NCBI GenBank assembly: GCA_043228905.1
Contig: JBHGNT010001232.1
Span: forward strand, 1 to 10,763
Direction of reading: 5' to 3'
DNA from: Azolla caroliniana
Taxonomy: Eukaryota > Plantae > Polypodiophyta
Length of the DNA: 10,763 bases
This document shows, piece by piece, positions 1 through 9,810 of the stretch (position 1 is the first letter of the stretch; every line of letters starts with the position of its first letter). Below the pieces are notes generated by a model. The model ran no database searches and was not told the DNA's origin. It saw nothing but the letters and a program-made list of their open reading frames with translations. Position numbers and translations under genes: made by a program.

Positions 1-3
1 CTG

Positions 4-143
4 CGTATTTAACGTATCAATACGTATAATACCTTATTATTTGTATAGTACGTACCATACGTCAAAGTTGATCAGTCAAATGTCATATACATTCGTCTAA
101 TACGGTATTTAACGTACCTTTAAAAAAATAGGTATAGTACGTA
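4..143. repeat. Left subterminal repeat array of the hAT element
   Basis: GTATTTAACGTA at 5-16 and 105-116; GTATAGTACGTA at 43-54 and 132-143. Confidence 0.88.
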
Positions 144-162
144 TTTATAAAAAATGTAAGTA

Positions 163-172
163 AAACCCTAAA
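163..172 (+). promoter_or_regulatory. Telo-box (AAACCCTAA) in the putative transposase promoter region
   Basis: Exact plant telo-box just inside the left subterminal array, downstream of a TATA-like TATTTATAAA (142-151) and upstream of a GAA-rich tract. Function is inferred. Confidence 0.35.
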
Positions 173-234
173 AGAAAGCAAAAGAAAAGAACAACTTTAG
201 TAAAATAGAAGGAAGGAAGAAAGACAGACAAAAT

Positions 235-236
235 AG

Positions 237-266
<30 letters not shown>
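235..266. repeat. (GAA)10 microsatellite in the hAT 5' region
   Basis: Perfect trinucleotide run inside a purine-rich tract (~170-270). Confidence 0.97.
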
Positions 267-268
<2 letters not shown>

Positions 269-2726
269 GAGTTCCTTCGGTAAATGAGCTAGCTATGTAT
301 AAGATTGTAGAGCTCGGCTTGAAAAGTTGGGAGAATGGTGGCGGAGGAAGAAAAACATTCTTCTTCTTCTGTTCATTTTGATAAAAGTAGGATCTTGACT
401 TCTTAATCTTTCTTGTCATACCCTTGTTGAAGGGGACATGTTTTTATTATATTCTTCTCTTTCTCTCTCAACTACCTTTTGCGTTATTGTGTTTTAGGCG
501 TCTTGAGCATTTGGTGTAGCAGGAAATACACAGGATTTTGAGTGTAAGGCGACGAATCAGGCGTGGAATGGATGCCGATGCTGAGGTCTTTGCAATCTCC
601 CTCTCAGAAAGGAACCAAAATACACTTTCTGTAGGCAAGTTTCTTTCCTAAAAATAAGGATTCTTTAAACTCTTCTTTGTATTGTTTGTGCATTTCGTTA
701 GTTCTACTGATTGATGCACATGCAATTGGAAGGTGTAGAATAAAGAAGGAGAAGAAATTTGAGTCGGATTAATAATTGCCTGTAAAAGAAAAAATAATTA
801 GAAAACCTTTCGAAAATAGAACCGACAGAAGAACAAAAAGAAATGCTTTACGTGATTAGAGTATCAATGGCTTATCCATCAAAAATTAAATTCACTCTCT
901 CAAGTTTATTGGAAAAGATGTATACACATATACATGACAACTTGATTGTTTTAATATGAGCTCTCTTTAATTGGGGATTTCATTGTATCCTTCTTGATTG
1001 TGAATTTCATTTTATGCTTTTTGATTTTTCTAACAAACATATACAAAGGTTCAACTTTTCAAATTAGAGAAATCACCTGCACTTGACTGTAAGCTGATCT
1101 AGGCTATGTGAAAATGCTCTCTTACAATAGCTGGCTAACTTGGAAAACATGGCAATCAGGCTCTACTATATGAAAATGCATGCACTTCACATAGTGAAGT
1201 TGACTTTATAAATTTCCCTCATAAGATACTCAACAAAACATTTCTAGTTTCCTGATTGCATTGTATGGTGATTTAGCCAGCACAGGAAGCTTGTACGTAG
1301 TTTTTTTAATGATATTCAGAAAAAGTACTTTCTAGCCTATAAAGGGATTGTTTCAGTTTGGGAATATTCAATCGATCTGCAACTTTTACTTGTAACGGAA
1401 TGTCTTGTCATTAACTTATTCCATGTTTTATCTTGCCTTTGCAACACAGGACTCGGAAAAGATGCTTCTCTGAATGTATATGGGATTGGGGAGATGATCA
1501 AAGAGGGCTACAAGATAGGAATAATGAGATATTAGTAAGGACTTTGGCTTCTTCTCTAATTGCTTCTAAACTCTTGACCCATGTCTGTATTCTAGAAACA
1601 CTAGAAACAAAGGTGTTGATTAACCAAACAATGATATACAAATCTCATATTTTCAATCTCGACCTATGTTTGTTTGCTGCTCTAATATTATATTATATTT
1701 GACAATCAAGCATGAAATTCTTTAAATTATCGTTAAGCATGATTTGATATAGAATTTATACTAGCAAATTGTCTATTGCTTCTCTATCTAACTAGAAATA
1801 TAACCTTCAATTCAACAAGAAAAGCTAACTGATTGAAAATATCCGAACATTTGAATTTTTAATCACGGAACTCTTTAAGCTACCTCGAGGTACATTCAGT
1901 GATAAAATAGTTTTGAATGGTTCATAATGTAGCTAATCGAACGTTTTGTGGGCCTTCTTGTTCATCCCTAACTGATTGAATCATGCTTTGCTCATTTGTG
2001 TGGTTTTGTATAACATTTAGCTGGTAAACTAGATTGATTAAATTATATTATGGAATTAATTAATTTCGTATGAAGATAATTATTCACGTGAGGAGAGGAA
2101 GATTATGCTTAAGTCAAAGGCTATTGAACTTTGATCGAAAGAAAGAAATATGAACCGTGCACTATAGCTTGATAATATCTATTATAAAATGGAGCTATTG
2201 TTTGTTAAGTTCAAAAGTCCATCTATGTTTGAGATAAGGAATACACATTAGTTTACAATAAATTTTGGTAGTCGCGGGAAATGTTATCTATTCAAACCCA
2301 CATAACAAGATATAATTTAGCCTAGCTGAAAGGGAGTTTTTTCCTCACAATGTGTCTTGCATAACCATGCAATTTGAGTACTCCCATAAGTTCCATAACA
2401 GTTTATTGATTTGTAGAACTTAAAGAAGGAAAATGCCGCCCATTAAGAACAAATATTGGGATACATGTTGCCTCAATGTCACAAGAAGTCAAACAGGAAA
2501 TAGGAGTTGGAATTGTAAGTTTTGCAACAAACATATGCATGGGTCAGCAACACGAATGATTGCTCATTTAATTGGAAACCTAGCCATGGAGTAACGAAAT
2601 GTACCAATGTCCCCAAGGAAATGTTGATTGACCTTACAACTTTGTATGGTAATTGTGGAAGCCAAGCAATTGGCGAAGAAGAAGATATAGTAGCAGAGAT
2701 TGACTCATTCAACATGCCTGAACAAG

Positions 2727-2813
2727 GTATAGACACAAGCCTACAATAGGCGTCTTGATTACTAATGTTTAAATAATTGTAAATGATTTATCTTGAATTT
2801 TTTTCTCTTTTAG
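2727..2813 (+). other. Transposase intron 1 (87 bp)
   Basis: AAG|GTATAG donor, CTAAT branch-like motif near 2762, pyrimidine tract and TTTTAG|G acceptor; the phase-1 join keeps the frame (..PEQ-G-VSTS..). Confidence 0.8.
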
Positions 2814-3958
2814 GTGTTTCTACCTCATGCTCATCTACCTTTCTTGGTGAAAGTCAAAGCATGTCATGTATGGGTGGTGGTAGTCGCCAACCATATCCAC
2901 CAGCAATTATAGTGAAACAACAACCATTGCGTAAAGGACATGTGTTACAAATGCAAAGGAAACAACATGCAAACGTTATGGAGGTGAAATGTATCATTGA
3001 AGCAAATTTGTCATTTAATCTATTAAAAACACCATGTTGGCGGAACATATTAGAAGCTTTCTCTACAATTGGAGAGAAACATAATGGAGTCACATATAAT
3101 TACATGAGGACGAAAGGCTTGAAAATTGAGGTTATATCCTTGCAAGCAAAGTTAGAAAGGGTAAAAGGATTATGGCCCAAGTATGGTTGTTCTATATTAA
3201 CAGATGGATGGGTTGATGTTTCTCATAGGCAACTTGTAAATGTCCTCGTATCATCTTGTTATGGGACAATGTTCCTCAAGTCCATTGATTGTAGCCATGC
3301 TAATACAACACCAACAGTTGATAGCTCTTAGTTAGCTGAAAGAATTTCAAAGGCAATTAGAGAGGTTGGTAAGGAAAATGTGGTCCAAGTCATTTCAGAC
3401 AATGCATCTAGTTGTGTTTGCATGGGGGTCTTTGCAAGAATCAGAGTTCCCTAATATTGTTTGGACTCCATGTGCAACCCATTCTTTGGATCTGCTTTTG
3501 GAGGACATTGGTCAGTTGCCTGGGATGAAAAGTATTATGTTGAAAGCAAATAATATCGTACTTTTTTTTTGCAAGAAGAGGAATGCTAGGAAACTTTTTT
3601 CTGCTCACAGTAACCTCGCCATCTTGAGACCTTCCAAGACAAGGTTTGGTGTGATGTACCTTGTCATACAACGTTTGCTCAAAGTTTGGCATCCTCTTGA
3701 GCAAACAGTGGTGAGTGACATGTGGAGGTCTTGGTAAGATTGCAATAAGCCAGGTGCCATGAATGTAAAGAACTACATCCTTGATCCTACAACTGAGTCC
3801 TCGTTTCAAGTTGTTTTGACCCTAATGGCACCATTGTATAGTGTTTTACGACTTACTGATAGGGAGGGATCCACTATTGGTTTGTTATATGAGTTTATGC
3901 GAAGAAGCAAAGATGGTTTAGCAAAAGGAGTGTAAGAAAACATCCCCCACAAATCCAA

Positions 3959-4060
3959 GTAAGTTTCATATTTATTTTAATTTTTTATGGTTTCCTAGCA
4001 TTAAACCTCCAAATGTTTGCTCATGTTTTTAGATCAAATCATTTTGTAATACCCTTTTAG
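3959..4060 (+). other. Transposase intron 2 (102 bp)
   Basis: AA|GTAAGT donor and CTTTTAG|G acceptor; the phase-2 join gives ..HKS-K-HEDVLKLFDIRW.. Confidence 0.85.
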
Positions 4061-4400
4061 GCACGAAGATGTTTTGAAGTTATTTGACATACGATGGAAA
4101 TGGTTCAAGAGGCCGATCCACCTTGTAGCTCATTTGTTGCATCCAATGTGGAGAGAGGAGGCTACATTTATTAACCCCGAGTTAATGGATGCATGGATGA
4201 GCTATACAGAAAAATTGTACTCGACATTTGAATGTGATATCTTATTTCGTGAATTGCATGAATATCGAAATGGTATGGGGACATTTAGTTATGCATTAGC
4301 ACGTGAGGAGATATCTATGATGACGCCAGTCACATGGTGGGAAAATTTTGGTGGAAGAACTCCAAAGCTCCAAGCATTAACTGTCCGCATATTATCCCAA

Positions 4401-4501
4401 GTAAGTGTCCAGTGTTGAACAAATGATCAATTTTATAGTTAAGTTCTAAAATACCACACTTTTGTGTACTACATTTTATTTCATATTTTGTTTTCTATTA
4501 G
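4401..4501 (+). other. Transposase intron 3 (101 bp)
   Basis: CAA|GTAAGT donor and TTCTATTAG|G acceptor; the join restores the conserved hAT motif RILSQ-DCSSGAVERNW. Confidence 0.92.
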
Positions 4502-4668
4502 GATTGCTCTTCTGGGGCAGTGGAAAGGAATTGGAATGCACATGCTCTCGCACATACAAAAAATAGAAACAGACTAAAGCTAGCGCAACTTGAACAGTTG
4601 GTATATATATTCAAGAGAACTTAAGGCTAGTTCGCAAGTTTGAGACTGTGAATGCATCTCCAATGCAT

Positions 4669-4794
4669 GTATTGTTTTATTCACTTTTTATAATTTATAT
4701 TCCTGAAATTTCGTTAGTACTAGTAAGCAGTTATTGCCATAGACACATTAGTTTGTGATATTGAGAAGTTAAGCTTTTATAAACTTGTTTGCAG
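4669..4794 (+). other. Transposase intron 4 (126 bp)
   Basis: CAT|GTATTG donor (weak) and TTTGCAG|G acceptor; phase-0 join into the terminal exon VNPNEID.. Confidence 0.65.
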
Positions 4795-6160
4795 GTGAAT
4801 CCAAATGAGATAGATGTCTCTAAGACTCTTGATATTCCATCTATTTGCCATGACAATGATATGGATAGAGAATTCTATGAAACTTATTTTCAAGAAACAA
4901 TGAGCATGAGAAGAAGGACAAGGAGCATGACAAGATCACATACGACAACATCAAGCGATGGAGTCCCTACTAATCGAATACGGAGGCAGAGGCCAAGAAG
5001 AGATGATGGGCGGTCTTCTTGTAATAGGAGAATAACAAGATCAAGTACATTTGCTTCTTTACCATTAAATGATCAAGATGATGTCAATGCAATAGAAGAA
5101 GCAATTCATACAAATTATGATGATCTTACGGACGAAGAACCTGTTGTGTTGATGTCATCAACTAACACTGAATCTAATGATGAAGATGGTGATGGTGATG
5201 AGGACAAGATCTAATGACTAATACTTCTATTTTCTATACGTTATTATTAAGCTCAATAGCCTTATTATTAAATTGTGAATTGGTTTCAATGATTCAGTTG
5301 TAGTTAATACCTTTGAGGTGTCATTTTGGATAATATCTGTGGTATAGTTGATGGGGTTGGCTATGTAGTTCCTGAGAACATGATGGGTTTTGTATCAATT
5401 TCACAACTTTATAGAGTTTTGATGATTTTGATTCATCATTCGCAATGAGATAGTGTACACATATTTGGCAATGGTATAGTGTGTTTTCATATATTCTTGC
5501 ATCACTGTGTATACTAAGTGAATTTCAAGGTAAGCATAATATGTACATGTATGCTATATGAATGTTGAAGGCAATGTATGATGTATACATGTACAATATC
5601 CAATATGTATACAATGTGAGCCAAGCAAGATGTGCATTTACTAAGTGAACTTTCAATATATTGCTTATTGTATATACTGTGATGAAAATTGTTTGTTTTT
5701 TTGTGTGGATCATTTGTAGATTGTAGGAAGGTGTACCATCATTCTTAAGTGGTTTGCAGCTGAAACTCATAGTTCTGACTGAGAAGCACAATCAACAAGA
5801 ATAAGAATTAACTAGAGGATGACTGAAGTTACAAAGCTTTGTTTAGGTGCCATGATGGTTTGGGCTAATCACATGATGGTCTGGTCTGGGCTGTTGATTT
5901 GTATCCTTTTGATTCTCATATTTCCCATCTTTTCTTGGCATCATAGATTTCTTAATTGTAGGTTGTAAATGGTTTCCTAGCTTTATTGGTGTGGAAATTG
6001 CCACACCTCAAGTATGTAAGAAGTCATGTACATATTTTTGTATTAAAGTGATAGGCCTGCTCGATTTGCCCTTTAGTACTCGGAAACTTTTAAGATGCAA
6101 CTACAGCCATGGAATGCTTCGTTACATTGCATATACACGGTTACAATATTACAATATTAC

Positions 6161-6202
6161 AAATATGTTTTAGGAAGGTAAATAAATATTTTTTAGGAAG
6201 GT
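6161..6202. repeat. 19-bp imperfect direct repeat AAATAT(G/T)TTTTAGGAAGGT
   Basis: Copies at 6161-6179 and 6184-6202 (18/19 identical), preceded by (TTACAATA)x2.5 at 6141-6160. Confidence 0.85.
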
Positions 6203-6216
6203 TTCAAATTCTAGAA

Positions 6217-6382
6217 GTATTTAACGTATTTAACGTACTATACGTATTTTATGTATTTTATAGGTATTTAACATACTAAAAAACGTATTTAACGTATTTT
6301 TAAATTGGGAGGTACTATACTCGTATTAATACGTTAAATACGTATGGTATCAGTATCGTACCTAACGTACCTAACAACCATG
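6217..6382. repeat. Right subterminal repeat array and terminal inverted repeat of the hAT element
   Basis: GTATTTAACGTA at 6217-6228, 6226-6237 and 6285-6296, a variant at 6264-6275 and an inverted copy at 6330-6341; ACGTACTATAC at 6233-6243; (CGTACCTAA)x2 followed by CAACCATG ending at 6382. Confidence 0.88.
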
Positions 6383-6390
6383 GACTAAAC
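6383..6390. repeat. Candidate 8-bp target site duplication GACTAAAC (right copy)
   Basis: hAT elements make 8-bp TSDs; these 8 bases follow the inferred terminus and have a central TA (nnnTAnnn). The left copy is outside the window, so this is unverified. Confidence 0.55.
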
Positions 6391-9300
6391 CACGTCTTTT
6401 ACGACTATGTTTTTGGAATTGCAATGGATACCCATGGAATGCGGGATTCGGCATAGAGGAGTTCATCGATGACTCAGATATCACACTTCTTGTTGAAACA
6501 TGGGAGCATGATACTCAAATAATTCAAGGTTTAGGAAACTATAATGTACACTCTTTGATATGGGAGAAAAATCCAAGACAAAGAAGAGGACAAGGAGGGG
6601 TGGCATGTTTGATTAAGAAGGAAATAGAGACATATGTGTCAATCGTAAAAAGTGATGAACATAAATGCTACATATGGCTCAAAATAGAAACACCTAATGA
6701 TTTGCCCACTTTTGTCGATGGATGTTACATTCCTCATGAAGATTCTAACTTTTATGCTTGTTTGGATAAAGATCAACCTTTTGCAAACCTAGAAGATGAT
6801 ATTGCTTATTTCAAATCCAAAGGGGAAGTTATTGTCTTTGGTGACATGAATGCTCGTACAAGAAGTTTCCAACTTGATTCACAAGAATCTTTCATGACGC
6901 ATATCAAGGATGCAAGAGGATATGCAAATGTATAATCGATCTTCTAGCGATGAAAAAGATCTAGACCAATTTGGGAAACTACTCCTACAAATGTGCAATA
7001 GTACTGGATTTCTTATTACAAATGGTGTTTCCTTATGGCCCAATACTAACGGCTTTACATGTAGAAAACACAATGGAAATAGTGTGATTGACTATGTGCT
7101 ACTTTCCGAAGGTATTTTGGATCGTATACATAAGTTCTCATTGGGGGAATGGACACCGGAATCCGATCATAGGAATTTATGTATTGATCTCAAATGTATG
7201 CGTAGGTTTGATTGGGAGAAGATCATTGAAGATAGTAAACAAACACACTTGAGCATGAATCTTAAGCGAGCGCCCATGTATTCCAAGATGGTTGAGGATA
7301 TATTACAAATGACAAAGACACAACATGGTGCCGCACTAGAATGCAAATGGGAAGCTTTTAAGAATGTCATTCTCTCTTGTACAAACAAATGTTTTTCGAC
7401 CAACCGCACATCATGGAAATGCACCAAGAAATGTAAGAAAAAATGGTTTGATAAAGAATGGCATGAAGCTTGAAAGTGCCTCATGGTTTTAGATGTAGTT
7501 AAGGATAAAGAAAATTACCAAAAGCATTTGCATGACTATAAAAGGCTTATTCAAAGAAAGAGATGAATATGGGAAGTTACTCAACAACTTCTCTAAACGC
7601 AAGAGAAAGCACATGCATGTGCTAAATTTTGGGGAAATCGAAAGGGGAAACATGTTGAGAGTTATGGTGACTTAATTCTTCATGACTTGTCTATGTATTG
7701 TAAGAATTTATATGAGTTATCTCTTTCCGGAAAGATGATGTGTTATGTTTCTCTTTCACATATGTCTCCCTTCTTTAAAATTGAAGATATATGCATAGGA
7801 CTTAAGAAATTGGCCTCTCGAAAGGCAAGCGATCTTCAATGTATAAAAGCTGAAATGCTCAAATGGACGGGAAAGGAAGCACATATATAGATATGCGATA
7901 TGTTTAATGATGCATTGCAACATGGTATGCCGTATGATTGGACTACAAATTGGATCAAACCTTTACATAAAGGTGGAGATGTAAATAATGTAAACAACTA
8001 TCGAACCATCATGGTTGGCTCATTAATGGAAAAACTATTTGGATGTATAATGGAATCAAAGATAAGTGTATGGGCAGAAAAAAAAGGTAAGAGAGCTTAT
8101 GGACAAGCTGGTTTTCGAAAACACTATAATACCATTGATCATCTTGTCACTCTTCGAGTATTAATGGAGGAAAGTCGCCTTAGAGGTAAAGGTTTATATT
8201 GTTGCTTTGTAGACTTCAAGAAAGCTTTTGATATGGTACTTCATGAGCATCTTTGGAGGCGGATGGAAGAACTTGAGGTGCCAAGTGAATATATGCTTGC
8301 AATTTCCCAAATTTATGAGAAGGTTATATGTTGTGTGTGTATGAGAGATAGACTTTCAGATTTTTTCAATAGCACTGTTGGTGTTAAGCAAGGATGCCCA
8401 CTCTCACCAACATTATTTGGTCTATGCATTGATGAATTAGAAGAAATGGTTACCAAGTTTGTAAAGGAAGAATGTGTTGAAGAAGTTGCCATTGGGAATT
8501 TTGTGATTATGCTTTTATTATATGTGGATGATATAGTGGTTTTTGCAAATACTTCAGGAGATGCACAAAAGCTTACGAAGGCATTGGAAATTTTTTGCAT
8601 GCATACTAGATTAAGTGTCAATAGCTCTAAAACAAAGACTATGCTTGTGAAGAGTCAAAAAAGAGATAAACCATGCATTATGTACAACAATGAGCTACTT
8701 GAATGTGTGGAAAGCTTCAAATATCTTGGCCTTGAAGTTCCTTCAAATCATAAATGGAATGAATGTGCTACATGCGGGTTAGAGGCAGGTAAGCGAGCAT
8801 ATTATGCATTTGAGAACACATGCAATCTTGGAGATATTAAGTGTTGGGTCCTCAAGAAATATCTTTTTGACACTTTGGTGACCCCGGTTCTTCTCTATGG
8901 GCTGGAAGTATGGGGCGGTAGCATCCCTAAATCTACGTGGAAAGAGTTTGAAAATGTCCAAAAACATTTTCTTACAAAGTTTCTACAAGTTAAGAAACAA
9001 ATGCCCTACACCCTCCTCCTCCTTGAGACGGGATCACTTCCCATTGAGATCATGGCCATGGAAAGGGTTGTTGAATACATGCTTAAGGTTCAAAGAATCC
9101 CCTCACATCAACTTCCTAGAATTGCATGGGAAGCAAGCAAAAAGATCCAAAAGACGCATAAAAGCAAAACTTTGTGTTCCGGTTGGATGCAAGATTTAGA
9201 AAAATGGTTTGGTAGATGGGATGCAAGACACTTGCTTCATGATGCGTCACTAGATTCTGTTGTAAATGAGGCCTTTTTGCAACGCCAATGTATCATGACA

Positions 9301-9746
9301 TGGGACAAATGTGGTGGCTCACGCTTCACACATTATACTACAAATGTTGCACCTAACTACAAAACCATATTCTTCACGGAACGGGGAAGCCGTACACATC
9401 GATACATGTTAGAGCCCATCCCGATATCTGCCATTCAAACCATTGCTTCCATGCGACTTAGCTCGCACGCATTGAGATGTGAGACGGGGTGTTGGGGCAC
9501 AAGTGATGAGAGTGGCCGACTATGCACACTTTGCCCTAAACAAGTTCAAGAGTCTGAGTATCACACTTTGATACAATGCTCTCTGCCTTTGATCATATTC
9601 AACCATGCTTTCCACATCTCTTCGATCGAGCCCAATCCTTGCATGAATTTCTCTCACAACCACGATGTGCACTCTCGATTACAACATTCATTGGTAAAGT
9701 TCTTGAACATCGAGAGTCGCTACTCACCTTCACATGTATCACGTGA
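6384..9746 (+). pseudogene. LINE ORF2 pseudogene: apurinic-like endonuclease, reverse transcriptase and C-terminal CCHC finger
   Basis: APE motifs LRLCFWNCNG (from 6399, upstream of the 6555 ORF call and in the same frame), DITLLVETW, GGVACLI, CYIP, VFGDMNART, SVIDYVL and SDH. RT motifs NYRTI, QAGFR, FVDFKKAFD, GVKQGCPLSPTLF, YVDD (8521-8532) and FKYLG. C-terminal RLCTLC..ESEYHTLIQC. Frameshifts between 6898-6932 and at ~9580-9584; in-frame stops at 7471, 7564, 7594 and 7888; native stop inferred as TGA 9744-9746. Confidence 0.95.
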
Positions 9747-9761
9747 AATGTAATATTTTTG

Positions 9762-9792
9762 GTCTTATAGGTCCTATTTGACCTCTGAAGAC
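9762..9792 (+). other. LINE 3' UTR stem-loop
   Basis: GTCTTATAGGTC-CTATTT-GACCTCTGAAGAC forms 11 Watson-Crick pairs with one mismatch, one bulged G and a 6-nt loop, 18 nt before the (TC)n tract. Confidence 0.65.
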
Positions 9793-9807
9793 ATTAATAT
9801 AATCTAT

Positions 9808-9810
<3 letters not shown>

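Larger units (their letters stand above)
2433..5214 (+). pseudogene. hAT transposase pseudogene (BED zinc finger, DUF659-type DDE core, C-terminal dimerisation region), 5 exons
   Basis: Manual model: exons 2433-2726, 2814-3958, 4061-4400, 4502-4668, 4795-5214, all GT-AG and phase-compatible. Motifs: BED finger YW..WNCKFC..GSATRMIAHL.G.PSHGVTKC; catalytic LTDGW, VISDNAS and GAVERNW; CxxH in WTPCATHSLDL; KTRF; PVTWWENFG..P.LQ.L.VRILSQ; HTKNRNRL. Frameshifts near 2576-2578, 3424-3428 and 4602-4610; in-frame stops at 3329-3331, 3735-3737 and 3933-3935. Confidence 0.93.
1..6382 (+). mobile_element. hAT-superfamily DNA transposon, formerly autonomous, ~6.4 kb; left terminus lies just outside the window
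   Basis: Internal hAT transposase gene. The same motifs (GTATTTAACGTA, GTATAGTACGT) cluster at 4-143 and 6217-6382, and 4-33 is an inverted copy of 6311-6342. The right end ...CCTAACAACCATG reads CATGGTTGTTAGG on the minus strand, a CA-starting hAT-like terminus, and LINE coding sequence begins abruptly after it. Confidence 0.92.

Noticed and set aside
168-419. 83-aa minus-strand ORF with poly-Leu, resembling a membrane protein
   Set aside because: Artefact of the (GAA)10 and purine-rich tract.
1433-6173. Short ORFs 1433-1702, 5525-5791 and 5991-6173 as cargo genes
   Set aside because: Short, mostly non-ATG starts, AT-rich intron/UTR-like composition and no recognisable domains.
6217-6382. 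CRISPR-like or iteron-like array
   Set aside because: Units are 9-12 bp, overlapping, irregularly spaced and in mixed orientation, with no unique spacers or cas genes; the context is eukaryotic transposon ends.
6375-6400. Functional hAT-LINE fusion or composite element (co-oriented transposase and ORF2, ATG inside the TIR)
   Set aside because: The ATG at 6380-6382 is out of frame with ORF2 and reads ATG GAC TAA. Both genes carry several lesions, and simple nesting explains the layout.
8521-8532. YVDD as evidence of a Ty1/copia RT
   Set aside because: All other motifs and the upstream APE domain are non-LTR type; GTG is one C>T from GCG (YADD).
2479-9199. Antisense and alternate-frame ORFs overlapping the transposase and ORF2 (2479-2736, 2854-3093, 3441-3809, 6879-7073, 7167-7484, 8313-8621, 8779-8967, 8897-9199)
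   Set aside because: Shadow ORFs of real coding sequence with no recognisable motifs.
7900-9753. 617-aa ORF as an intact stand-alone RT gene (retron, group II intron or domesticated RT)
   Set aside because: It is in frame with upstream APE-linker sequence across premature stops, and its last ~55 residues are out of frame after a 2-bp CT slip at ~9583; it is part of a broken LINE ORF2.
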